Positions 8,511 through 17,886 of a DNA stretch of 64,000 bases are shown here, piece after piece (positions within the stretch are counted from its first letter, which is position 1; each line of letters begins with the position of its first letter). Made by a program: the position numbers and the translations under genes. Origin of the DNA: Blastocatellia bacterium (GTDB taxonomy: Bacteria; Acidobacteriota; Blastocatellia; RBC074); NCBI GenBank assembly GCA_035652435.1, contig DASRDU010000099.1, forward strand, positions 416-64,415, read 5' to 3'. The notes under the pieces are model-generated. The model was not told where the DNA came from. It was given only the letters and a program-made list of their open reading frames with translations, and searched no databases.

Positions 8511-9695
8511 ATGACAACCAGATTGATGGAGAGAGGTTTGACGTTCGCGCTGACCATCGCGCTCACGGCGGTTCCCGCGCTCGCGCAATCAGCATCACCT
8601 GCGCCGCAGTCACAGCCGGAGAAACGCGAGAGCCAGCCGAAGCAGTTGCAGAAGCCGCTCGAGGACAAGCTCAACCCGCTCTTGATCGGCAAGCGCGACA
8701 TCAACAAGGGGCAGCTCGATTTTTACTCGCTCGACAAAGAGATCGCGCTCGGCCGCCAGATCGCCGCGGAAACGGATCGTGATCTTCAGTTCGTTAATGA
8801 CCCGGTCATCACCGAATACGTCAACCGCGTCGGCCAGAACATCGTCCTCCACTCAGATGCCAAAGTCCCCTTCACCATCAAGGTCGTTGATTCCAACGAA
8901 GTGAACGCCTTCGCGCTGCCGGGCGGAAACCTCTACGTCAATCGCGGGCTGATCGAGGCCGCCGACAACGAGGCCGAACTGGCCGGGGTGATGGCCCACG
9001 AGATCGCGCATGTTGCCGCACGCCACGGCGTCGAGCAGGCGTCGAAAGGCACGCTCATGAATTACGCCTCGATCCCTCTGATCTTCCTCGGCGGTCTGGG
9101 CGGTTATATCGTGCAGCAGGTCGCGGGTCTGGCGGTGCCGCTCACGTTCCTGAAATTCTCGCGCGGCGCCGAGAAGGAAGCTGACCAGCTCGGCGCGCAG
9201 TATATGTGGGCCGCCGGGTATGACCCGAATGCGCTGGTCACTTTCTTTGAAAAGCTTCAGGAGAAGAACAAAAAGAAGCAGAGTACGATTTCCAAGGCCT
9301 TCAGCACGCACCCGCTGACCGAGGACCGAATCAGGGAGGTCCGCAAACTGGTCGCTCAGTTCCCCGATAAAATGGAGTACGAGGTGAGTTCGTCGGAATT
9401 TGAGCAGGTGAAAAGTCGCCTCGTGACAATGCACGGCGCGAGGAAGGCCATCGGCGGGCCGGAAGACCCCCGACGCCCGACGCTCAAGCGTCGCCCGCAA
9501 TCGGACAGTTCGAGTGATACGACGTCCACAGGCGATTCCGGTGAGCAGTCGGCGCCGGATCGCCCGACGCTCAAACGCCGCAGCGACAGCACCGATCAGG
9601 GCAACGATTCGAAAGTGGAAGCCGATAAGCCGAGCGACCAGCAATCAACCACGGGTCGCCCGACGCTCAAGCGGCGCACTGATCCGGACAATTGA
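8511..9695 (+). CDS. M48-family zinc metallopeptidase, secreted, with a C-terminal RPTLKRR-repeat tail
   Basis: Signal peptide, the HEIAHVAARH (HExxH) motif, and a downstream EKEADQLG motif. GGAG precedes the ATG at 8511. Confidence 0.85.
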   Translation: MTTRLMERGLTFALTIALTAVPALAQSASPAPQSQPEKRESQPKQLQKPLEDKLNPLLIGKRDINKGQLDFYSLDKEIALGRQIAAETDRDLQFVNDPVITEYVNRVGQNIVLHSDAKVPFTIKVVDSNEVNAFALPGGNLYVNRGLIEAADNEAELAGVMAHEIAHVAARHGVEQASKGTLMNYASIPLIFLGGLGGYIVQQVAGLAVPLTFLKFSRGAEKEADQLGAQYMWAAGYDPNALVTFFEKLQEKNKKKQSTISKAFSTHPLTEDRIREVRKLVAQFPDKMEYEVSSSEFEQVKSRLVTMHGARKAIGGPEDPRRPTLKRRPQSDSSSDTTSTGDSGEQSAPDRPTLKRRSDSTDQGNDSKVEADKPSDQQSTTGRPTLKRRTDPDN

Positions 9696-9703
9696 ACCCG
9701 CTG

Positions 9704-9767
9704 AAAAAACTCGGGACGCGGGGGAAGTGAAGGGCAAAACTCTTCACCCCCGCGTCCCGAGTTTTTT
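9704..9767. terminator. bidirectional rho-independent terminator between the convergent M48 peptidase and D-aminoacylase genes
   Basis: A 15-bp perfect stem (CTCGGGACGCGGGGG pairing with CCCCCGCGTCCCGAG) flanked by A6 and T6. Confidence 0.7.
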
Positions 9768-9771
9768 CACG

Positions 9772-11400
9772 CTACCGCCGCGCTGCCGGGCCGGGCAGCA
9801 CCTGACCGGGACGCGCATCGGTCATCTGTCCGTTATCCAGAATCACCGTGCCATTGACAATGACAAAGCTGACGCCTTCGGCATACTGATGCGGGTCAGC
9901 AAACGTCGCGCGGTCACGCACACGCCCGGCGTCGAATATTGCGATGTCAGCCTTCATCCCCGGTCGCAGCAACCCCCGCTCATAAAGCCCCGTCCGCTGG
10001 GCGGGCAGCGAAGTCATTTTGTGAACCGCTTCTTCCAGACCAAGGACGTGCTTTTCGCGCACGTAAACGCCCAGCACGCGCGCGAACGTGCCGTAGCTGC
10101 GCGGGTGCGGCGCGCCACGTTTGAAGACCTCTACGCCGCCGTCCGAACCGATCATCGTCAGCGGATCCTTCATAATTCGCACTACATCATCTTCGTTGAT
10201 GGCGTGAAAGACCGCCTGCCCGCCGCCACGAGCAACCAGCTCAAGGGCCGTTTCGGCAGCGTCTTCTATTGACGACGACCTGCCGCGCTCGCGCGTGATC
10301 TCGGCCAGGTTTTTGCCTTCGAGTGTGTGGTCCCACTCGCACCGCGCGACAACTACGTTCTTCGGGTCACCGCCGCCGCGGTCAAATTTGATGTTTTCGA
10401 CAACGGCAGCCTTGATCTTCGCGCGGGTCGCCGGGTCGCCGAGCCGTCTGGCGACATCTTCCCGGCGGCCCTCCTGCGCCCATTGCGGAAGCAGCGCGGC
10501 GAGCCCAGTGCTTGATGCCGTGTAAGGGTACTGATCAATGCTCACATCAACGCCGCGCGCCCGCGCTTCATGAATCATCTTCAAGGTCTCGACGCTGCGG
10601 CCCCAGTTGCCGGTGCCGATGATCTTATGGTGAGTGACCTCGGTCGGCAGGCCCCCGTGTTCGCCGATGGCGATGGTTTCGGCCACGCTTTTGAGTACGC
10701 CCGCCGCCTCGTCGCGCATGTGCGAGATGTGCATCCCGCCCATCCGCCCCGCGACTTTCGCCAGCTCGATCACCTCTTCGGTCGGCGTGTAATTGCCGGG
10801 CACGTAAAACAGCCCGGTACTCAGACCGAACGCACCTTCCTCCATCGCCAGCCGCACCTGCTCCTTCATCTTCTCGATCTCTTCGGGCGTGGCTTTGCGG
10901 TCAACGTTGCCGATGACCTTCTCGCGAATGCTCCCCTGCCCGACGAACGAGCCGAAGTTGATCGCGATGCGAGTCTGAGTGAGTCTGTCGAAGAAAGGTT
11001 TGAGCGGCAGCGGCGAACTGCCGTCGTTCCCTTCAAACACCGTCGTCACGCCCTGCCGCACGTAATTTTCAGCCGACGGCGCTTCGAGGATGTTGCGCCG
11101 CGCATGGCTGTGTATGTCAATGAAACCGGGCGCGACGATCAGATCCCCGGCTTCAATCACGCGCCGCGCGGTGGCGTTGCCGAGCAGCCCCATTGCCGCA
11201 ATCGTGCCCCCGCGCAGGGCGATGTCCGCGCGGAACCACGCGCTCCCGGTTCCGTCTACGACGCGCCCGCCACGAATAATCAGGTCGTAAGTCGGCGCCT
11301 GGCCGCCGGGCAGCACGGGCGCTATCAACAGCGCAGACAGCGCCATCGTTGCAAGAAAGCGGCTATGCGGCCATTCGCGAAAACGAAGAGTGATTTTCAT
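9772..11400 (-). CDS. N-acyl-D-amino-acid deacylase (D-aminoacylase), amidohydrolase superfamily, secreted
   Basis: Signal peptide, the GFIDIHSH metal-binding motif, and the family-typical length (542 aa). Its ATG overlaps the yjjX stop in an ATGA arrangement. Confidence 0.85.
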   Translation of the reverse strand: MKITLRFREWPHSRFLATMALSALLIAPVLPGGQAPTYDLIIRGGRVVDGTGSAWFRADIALRGGTIAAMGLLGNATARRVIEAGDLIVAPGFIDIHSHARRNILEAPSAENYVRQGVTTVFEGNDGSSPLPLKPFFDRLTQTRIAINFGSFVGQGSIREKVIGNVDRKATPEEIEKMKEQVRLAMEEGAFGLSTGLFYVPGNYTPTEEVIELAKVAGRMGGMHISHMRDEAAGVLKSVAETIAIGEHGGLPTEVTHHKIIGTGNWGRSVETLKMIHEARARGVDVSIDQYPYTASSTGLAALLPQWAQEGRREDVARRLGDPATRAKIKAAVVENIKFDRGGGDPKNVVVARCEWDHTLEGKNLAEITRERGRSSSIEDAAETALELVARGGGQAVFHAINEDDVVRIMKDPLTMIGSDGGVEVFKRGAPHPRSYGTFARVLGVYVREKHVLGLEEAVHKMTSLPAQRTGLYERGLLRPGMKADIAIFDAGRVRDRATFADPHQYAEGVSFVIVNGTVILDNGQMTDARPGQVLPGPAARR

Positions 11401-11951
11401 CGTGTCACCTCCAGTGAGTAATACTCCGGGTGGATGAAAGGCAGCAGCGCGAAGGTCACGGCGGGTTTGTAGAGTTTGAGTCGTGTGATCCGGCCGTCAG
11501 ACAGAATCCCGATCGCGCCCTCCTGCTGCTTTGAATTGCTGCGCCCGAAAAAGCGGTCATCCGCTTCGCCGAGTTCCAGCCCCTCTTCGCGGATCAGCCG
11601 CGCGACGCCTTCGGGGAGCATAAAGTGCCCGGTCTGGCCCTTGCCGATATTTCCCGCCCGATCCACGATCACAACCCATGCGTACGCCCACATCCCATCC
11701 TCAGTGTCGAGGATGCCGCCCTCAACGCCGACGCCGTAACTGGCCGATTGGGTTCCAGCCAGAGCCTGACGGGCGCGGTTGAGCGCGCCCATGAACATCT
11801 CGTGATCAGACGCGGGCTGCGCGCTGACGAGTGAGTTCGTATTGATGCCGATGGCGCGAGCTTCGGGCCAGAATTCGGCGGCGGCTTCGGCGACGCAATT
11901 GATCTTGATCGGGTTTTCAGAGCCGACAGCGAAGATGATTTGCTGTGTCAT
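11397..11951 (-). CDS. yjjX: inosine/xanthosine triphosphatase (YjjX / DUF84 non-canonical purine NTPase)
   Basis: C-terminal EGAIGILSDGRITRLKLYKPAVTFALLPF aligns with E. coli YjjX ([29 protein letters not shown]). Confidence 0.8.
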   Translation of the reverse strand: MTQQIIFAVGSENPIKINCVAEAAAEFWPEARAIGINTNSLVSAQPASDHEMFMGALNRARQALAGTQSASYGVGVEGGILDTEDGMWAYAWVVIVDRAGNIGKGQTGHFMLPEGVARLIREEGLELGEADDRFFGRSNSKQQEGAIGILSDGRITRLKLYKPAVTFALLPFIHPEYYSLEVTR

Positions 11952-14707
11952 TATTGAATCCTGATTCGCAGCTTGTCGTCAGCGCGCAACGTGACCGGCT
12001 GATCGAAGGCAACGATTTGATGCTCCGCGATCCGCGCGCTCACATTCTTTCCGCTGATTTCAGCTTTGACGCCGGTTCCAGTCCCCGTCCGGAATCCAAG
12101 TTTCTTCAATATCAATTCACCGTGTCTGACTTCCAGCGTCGCCGTCGCGTCACGTTTCGTGGTCTTCTGACCGAAACTTCCCCACGCCCCGCCGGTCGTA
12201 AAGAGACAACGAAAATCCTGCCCGTTGATGCGGGGCGAGAAAGTCAGTTGCATTTCCGGCGCGGAGTAGCGATAACCCGAGAGCGCCGTCAGGAGCGACC
12301 AGCTTGAGAGCGCCCGCGCGTAATGCGAGCCGCATTCGACCTCATTCCACGGGTTGCGGCGCAGACCGTCGTAACGGTCACGGATCGCTTTCGTGATCGC
12401 CAGCCCCTCCATCACCAGCCCTTCGTAAATCAGGTGCGCGGCGACCTGGTATTCAATTCCCGTCCACACTTCGTCCGAGTAGACGAACGGCAGCGTCGGG
12501 CGCCGGCCGTGCGGCCAGCTGCACAGCAGCAATCCCTTTTCGTCATTGACGGCGTAGATGCGCTGCGTGTTCGGGTGGTCGTAAAAGCTGTGTTTGAAGT
12601 TGTGGCGGTAGATCGAAAGCAGCGTCTCGCGCACGTGTTCCGCCGGCAGCACGTGCCCGAGCCCGACGACTTCAGCGAACCACTGTCCGAGCATCTGATC
12701 GGACAAACACCCGTCGCCGTACTGATACTTGATCGCGCCCTGATCAATATTCTGCGCCTGCGCCTGCTTCGGGTCGGGGACGGTCTGCACGTAAAAGCCG
12801 TCGCGCCACAATTCGCGATCAAGTCTCGTGCGGCCCGATTCAAAAACCCTGCGGTATTCCGTCGCCGACTCATTGTCGCCCACGGCTTTCGCCATTCGTT
12901 CACCGGCGAGCAGGGCGCCGAGGTAGAGCGTGCCCATCATTGTGTTGGGGCCGTAAAATTCGATGTCGTAGGTGTTGTGCTGTTCGCCTTCCATCACGCC
13001 GTCGCGGTCGGCGTCCCAGTGCTTCCACGCGAATTCGATCGCGCGTTTCGCCTCAGGCCACAGCTCGCCGAGGAACCTGTCGTCGCCCGACAACTGCCAT
13101 TCGCGATAGAGCTTCAGCACGCAGCCCATCTGCCCGTCGGCGGCGGGCTTGAAATCCCACACGCGTTTACCGGTCGGGATGAAAGTGCGGAAGGCCATCG
13201 AGCCGTCGGCGCGCATGTTGACCTTGAAATCGGTCACGCGCATCGAGCGTTCGAGTTCGGGAAACAGATGCGCCAGAGCCTGCTCGTAATTCCACACGTG
13301 CGTGCAGTTCATCCAGCAGCAGCCGCCGTCATCGTTCGTGCCCTCGAAGGCGAAGAACTGTTTGCCTTCGAGCAAGAGGCACGTGTTCGTGCGAATGATC
13401 GAAGCCTGGCTTGACACCGCATCAATCACGGCTGAAGGCAGGGTGCTACGCTTGAGCGTCTCGTGAAATGACCGGGTGCCTTCTTCCAGCCGCTTGAGGT
13501 TCGCGACCGCGTAAGCAGCCACGTCCCACGCGCCTTTGAATTTCGTCGCGTAATAATTCCGCAGCTTCTGCCCCTTCACTTCGGGCTGGTTGTTCCAGTA
13601 ATTTTCGCGGACAGGGAAGTACCACGCGAGGAAGAATTCGATGTCGCGCGACTCTTTCGGTCTGAGGGCCAGACGCGGCGCGAGCGTCGTATAATTCGAG
13701 ATGCCGTCCGCAGTCGCCTGTGGCTCCCTGGTGTCGGCGACACGGCCAGAGGCCGCGTATTCATTGAACCATTTCTGAAACGGATCCCACCACGCGCCGC
13801 CCTCCCAGGCGGTGCGGGCGCTGACTTCCGGGTGAGTTGTGACGAGCGCCATTTCGCCGAAGTGAATGTCATCGGGCTGATATTTTCCGGAAGTCATTTC
13901 GAGGCCGGTGAATTTCGATTCCCTCCGCAACCGGGTCAGGTTTTTGCCGAAGCCCGCGAAGTTGTTGCCGCCGAGCGACGCTCTGCCGTCGTAGCCAATC
14001 GGATTGAGCAGCGAGAAAGCGAGCGCCGCGTCAACCGGCCTGTTCGTGCGATTCGCGAGCCTGTAACGGAAGATCGCGACGGGAATTGCCGAATCGTCAG
14101 TTTCAAGCGGAATGAAAGGTGTGAAGGCTTCGAGCGAAATCCTCACCGGCAGCGTGTCATCTTCAAACACGATTTCGGCCATCGGGTACGTGCCCGTGAA
14201 ACGCGCGCCTTTGAAATGGGGCAATCCCTGCGCCTGCTCACGCCGGTACCCTTGGGCGCCACGAAACGGGGGCAGCGGCGCGGCTTCGACCACTTTCATG
14301 GCGGGCATCTCTCCTTCACTCTTCGTCCACAGCGCGACGAAAGTGAAAGGCAGGGATTTGCCTTTGTTCGGGCGATTGAAAATTTCCCAGTCGCGCAATT
14401 CGCCGCGCCCGCCGAGTGAAACCGTGCCCGTGCCGATGCCGCCGAGCGGGAATGCGATCTCGCCGAGCTGCTGCCCGGTAAAGCTTCGCGCCTGCCCGCG
14501 GGCCAGCAACTCCCGCTCGGTAAACGGGATCAGCGAACCCGCAGGAGAGCGGAAGGTGCGGGCCTGTGGCGTTTCGGGCGCGACTGCTGTTTTCAATTCC
14601 GTGACTGAAGCAGGATTTTCAGTGGGAGCCACGGCCCCGATAATGGCGCCTGAACTTCCGGCGATAAATTCACGGCGATTGAGCTTTCTGCCTTTGGCCA
14701 TAGCCAT
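11951..14707 (-). CDS. GH116-family glycoside hydrolase (non-lysosomal glucosylceramidase-like beta-glucosidase) with a Tat signal
   Basis: RREFIAGSSGAIIG twin-arginine signal, the GIGTGTVSLGGRGELRDWEIFNRP N-terminal GH116 signature, and a length of 918 aa. Confidence 0.8.
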   Translation of the reverse strand: MAMAKGRKLNRREFIAGSSGAIIGAVAPTENPASVTELKTAVAPETPQARTFRSPAGSLIPFTERELLARGQARSFTGQQLGEIAFPLGGIGTGTVSLGGRGELRDWEIFNRPNKGKSLPFTFVALWTKSEGEMPAMKVVEAAPLPPFRGAQGYRREQAQGLPHFKGARFTGTYPMAEIVFEDDTLPVRISLEAFTPFIPLETDDSAIPVAIFRYRLANRTNRPVDAALAFSLLNPIGYDGRASLGGNNFAGFGKNLTRLRRESKFTGLEMTSGKYQPDDIHFGEMALVTTHPEVSARTAWEGGAWWDPFQKWFNEYAASGRVADTREPQATADGISNYTTLAPRLALRPKESRDIEFFLAWYFPVRENYWNNQPEVKGQKLRNYYATKFKGAWDVAAYAVANLKRLEEGTRSFHETLKRSTLPSAVIDAVSSQASIIRTNTCLLLEGKQFFAFEGTNDDGGCCWMNCTHVWNYEQALAHLFPELERSMRVTDFKVNMRADGSMAFRTFIPTGKRVWDFKPAADGQMGCVLKLYREWQLSGDDRFLGELWPEAKRAIEFAWKHWDADRDGVMEGEQHNTYDIEFYGPNTMMGTLYLGALLAGERMAKAVGDNESATEYRRVFESGRTRLDRELWRDGFYVQTVPDPKQAQAQNIDQGAIKYQYGDGCLSDQMLGQWFAEVVGLGHVLPAEHVRETLLSIYRHNFKHSFYDHPNTQRIYAVNDEKGLLLCSWPHGRRPTLPFVYSDEVWTGIEYQVAAHLIYEGLVMEGLAITKAIRDRYDGLRRNPWNEVECGSHYARALSSWSLLTALSGYRYSAPEMQLTFSPRINGQDFRCLFTTGGAWGSFGQKTTKRDATATLEVRHGELILKKLGFRTGTGTGVKAEISGKNVSARIAEHQIVAFDQPVTLRADDKLRIRIQ

Positions 14708-14866
14708 GGTCTCCGGGAAAGGCTCCCCGACCGCGAGGACGGCAGGCGTGTCTGGATGCTATGATTACCCGCCCGGCGCGCGGCTGAAGAAATCTGTGAT
14801 TGTTACGGCACTCGTGGCGTCCCGAGAGGTAAGAAACGGACGCCTGACCCCGATGACAGCGGCGAC

Positions 14867-16276
14867 ATGCTGGCACAGTCCGCCGCGGCTCACAACGAAC
14901 TCCGCATGATTTCATTACCCGACCTGCGAAACATCGCGCTGCAAATCTTTCACCGCACGCTCGCGGCGATTGACGTTGAATCCGTCGTGCGCGCATCGGT
15001 TCGATTGTCCGGCGACACGCTGATCGCCGGTGAAACCGAATGTGACCTGACCACCGTCTCGCGCGTCATCGTCATCGCTATCGGCAAGGCCAGCATGGCG
15101 ATGGCCCGCGCGGTTGAAGGCGTTCTCGGTGATCGAATCACTGACGGGCTGGCCGTGACGAATGCGGTGATTGGCGAAGCGCCGCGGCGATTGCAGGTGA
15201 TGGTCGGCGGGCATCCCGTGCCGAATGCGCAAAGCATCGCGGCGGCGGAAGCGGCGCTGAAGCTGTTGCACGAGAACGACGGCGCAGGCACGCTCGTGAT
15301 CTTTCTGATTTCCGGCGGCGGCTCGGCGCTCTTTGAGAAGCCGATTGACGGCAGCCTGACGCTAGCCGATCTGCAGGAAGTCAACCGCGTGCTGGTCGGT
15401 TGCGGGGCGGTGATCGGCGAGATGAATGTCGTGCGCCGCCACCTTTCCGCGGTCAAAGGCGGGGGGCTGGCGGAAGCGGCGACGCATTCGCGGCAGATTT
15501 CGCTTTACATCTCCGATGTCAATGCGGATGACCTCGCGACGGTTGCTTCCGGGCCGACCATCATGGGCACTGCGACACAGGATGATTTCGAGCGCATCCT
15601 TGCGCGCTACGACCTGCCCGCCAAATTCCCGCCAAAAGTTGCCGCGCTGATTGAGTCGGGCGAGGTTCGGAGTATCGCCTTCAGGCGAGTATTTGATTTA
15701 CATGAAGAAAAAAAAACGCCTGAAGGCGGCACTCCGAACTCTCTTCGCGCTCACCATCTGCTGCTCGACAATCGCCGCGCGCTGTCCGTCGCACAGGACA
15801 TCGCCAGGAATGAGTTCGGCTGTATCGTCGAAATCGCCGATGACCTGATCGAAGGCGAAGTCGAAGCGATGGCGCGCACGCACCTTGAACGGCTGGCCGC
15901 GTTGAAGGCACAACATGCCGGCAAAACTGTCTGCCTGCTTTCGGGCGGCGAAGTGATCTGTCCGGTGCGCGGGGGCGGGCAGGGCGGGCGCAATCAGGAG
16001 TTCGTGCTGCGGGCGGCGATGGTACTCGACGAACAGCAGATGGATAACGTCATCGTGCTGAGTGCGGGAACTGACGGCATTGACGGCAACAGCCCGGCCG
16101 CCGGGGCGATTGCTGACGGTGCGACCGTCAGGCGTGCAAGAGAACCGGGCCTCGCGCCCGAACAGCATCTGCGCGACAGCGACTCGTTCAGTTTTTTCAA
16201 CGCCCTTGGCGATGCGGTCATCACCGGCCCGACCGGCAATAACGTCCGCGACCTGCGGATTCTCCTCGCGCAGTGA
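14867..16276 (+). CDS. glycerate kinase, MOFRL family (DUF4147 + MOFRL; glycerate 2-kinase/TtuD-like)
   Basis: VIAIGKASMAMA, ISGGGSALF and LSAGTDGIDG motifs typical of MOFRL glycerate kinases. Confidence 0.8.
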   Translation: MLAQSAAAHNELRMISLPDLRNIALQIFHRTLAAIDVESVVRASVRLSGDTLIAGETECDLTTVSRVIVIAIGKASMAMARAVEGVLGDRITDGLAVTNAVIGEAPRRLQVMVGGHPVPNAQSIAAAEAALKLLHENDGAGTLVIFLISGGGSALFEKPIDGSLTLADLQEVNRVLVGCGAVIGEMNVVRRHLSAVKGGGLAEAATHSRQISLYISDVNADDLATVASGPTIMGTATQDDFERILARYDLPAKFPPKVAALIESGEVRSIAFRRVFDLHEEKKTPEGGTPNSLRAHHLLLDNRRALSVAQDIARNEFGCIVEIADDLIEGEVEAMARTHLERLAALKAQHAGKTVCLLSGGEVICPVRGGGQGGRNQEFVLRAAMVLDEQQMDNVIVLSAGTDGIDGNSPAAGAIADGATVRRAREPGLAPEQHLRDSDSFSFFNALGDAVITGPTGNNVRDLRILLAQ

Positions 16277-16376
16277 GAGTGGAAAAAGAAGGCCACAGAA
16301 GCTCACAGTCTGTTTTTGATCCGCGAGTTTCTGTGGCCTTGAGCCTCTTGATGGAGAACGCAATCAGGGTTGCAGA

Positions 16377-17864
16377 CTACGAGACCTTTCGCCCCGTCTC
16401 GCGCGGTTTGGGGACGACTCTGGGTGTTGATTTGAACCCTCTGTCGAAAACTTCGAGGATCGGATACCACGCGCCCTCGTTCGCGAACGGCACGTATTCG
16501 AAGCCTCGACCGAACGGGTCGTCGTGCCGGATGGTCATGTAATTGATGCCCATCGCGGCGTAGATCGTCGCCGCGATGTCTTCGTACTGAGTGGGTCGGC
16601 CCTGCGACCAGCCGGGGTCTTTGACTGCCCCGCCCGTATCTATTGTCTCGCCGATCACGCGCCCGCCCGCGACCCCGCCGCCCGCGAAAACGGCGAAGTG
16701 CTGGAAGTAATGGTCGCGCCCGGCCTGATCGGTAGGCTCGCCGACCGTCCGGCCAAATTCTCCCATCGCGACGACGAGCGTTTCGTCCAGCACCGAGCCG
16801 CCATTGACGCCCGGCGCGGCGGCCAGGTCGGTCAGCAGGTTCGCCAGCCCCTGGTCAAGCTCGGTGGCCGGGTCGTAGATGCCGCCAGTGACTCTGTCGT
16901 AAATGTCCTGATGGTTATCCCAGCCGCCGTGATTGATCTGAATGTAACGCGTGCCGAGATCGCCCTTCGCCAGATTGCGCGCCACGATGCACGAATTGCC
17001 GAAGGCGCTGTTGCCGTAGCGCGTCTGTTCGTCGGTCGTGAATTTGAAGGCGTCGCTCACGGCGGTGTCGTACATCATTGACTTGCCGCGGTCGTAAAAG
17101 CCCCCCATCGTCGTGACGTCATCGCCAAGCGGCGAATTCGTGCGCAGACTCGCGTCAATTGATTGCAGGACGCCGTAACGCGTATTGAATGTGTTCGGGC
17201 CGTCCGAGTTCACCAGACTGCCGAGGCCCGTCGGCGCCGCGGTCACGTCGAACGGCGAGTAAAGGCCGTTGAAATAGCCCGCGCCGACCACGTCGCCACC
17301 CGTGTTGAGCGAAACGAAGACAGGCAGCTTCTGATTCGGCTTGCGCTGCGGCTCGAATTCGAGCGCGACGACACTCCCCAAATTCGGCGCGACTTTGCCG
17401 AGCGCGGAACTCGGGCTGCGCGCGATCTGCGCCCACGTGCGTTGCAGCGGATGCACGAGCGCGGGCGCGCGCAGGTTTCTGACAATCGTCATCCGGTTGA
17501 GCTGGCTCGCCAGATTCGGCATCAGCCCCTGCGGGAACATAACCCCGTTGTAGCTTGTCGCGTTGAAATCGGCCGGCGTCCATGAGCCCACCTTCAAATC
17601 GAAGGTGTCAACGTTGCTCGGGGCGCCGGAAAGCAGGATGAAGATACAGTTTCTGGCTTTGCCGATCAGGTGCAGGTCTGCCGTCGGTCTGGCCTTCACT
17701 TCTGAAGTGAGCAGCGGCGTGAGGAAGTACCCGGCCACGCCGGCCCCGGCCAGTTTGAAGAAGTTGCGCCGGCCGGGCATCTCCGGGCCGGTGAGGGGTG
17801 AATTAACTCCCCGCAGGGGTTTGCAGGTCCCACATTCGTGTCCGTAATGATGATGTTTTGCCAT
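16377..17864 (-). CDS. DUF1501 domain protein (sulfatase-like fold), Tat-exported, with a His/Cys-rich N-terminal extension
   Basis: RRNFFKLAGAGVAG Tat motif plus DUF1501 conserved blocks (INHGGWDNH, GEFGRT). A strong Shine-Dalgarno (AAGAGG) precedes the ATG at 17864. The first 28 aa contain HHHYGHECGTC. Confidence 0.8.
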   Translation of the reverse strand: MAKHHHYGHECGTCKPLRGVNSPLTGPEMPGRRNFFKLAGAGVAGYFLTPLLTSEVKARPTADLHLIGKARNCIFILLSGAPSNVDTFDLKVGSWTPADFNATSYNGVMFPQGLMPNLASQLNRMTIVRNLRAPALVHPLQRTWAQIARSPSSALGKVAPNLGSVVALEFEPQRKPNQKLPVFVSLNTGGDVVGAGYFNGLYSPFDVTAAPTGLGSLVNSDGPNTFNTRYGVLQSIDASLRTNSPLGDDVTTMGGFYDRGKSMMYDTAVSDAFKFTTDEQTRYGNSAFGNSCIVARNLAKGDLGTRYIQINHGGWDNHQDIYDRVTGGIYDPATELDQGLANLLTDLAAAPGVNGGSVLDETLVVAMGEFGRTVGEPTDQAGRDHYFQHFAVFAGGGVAGGRVIGETIDTGGAVKDPGWSQGRPTQYEDIAATIYAAMGINYMTIRHDDPFGRGFEYVPFANEGAWYPILEVFDRGFKSTPRVVPKPRETGRKVS

Positions 17865-17886
17865 GGTTCACCTCTTTCGTCCGCTC

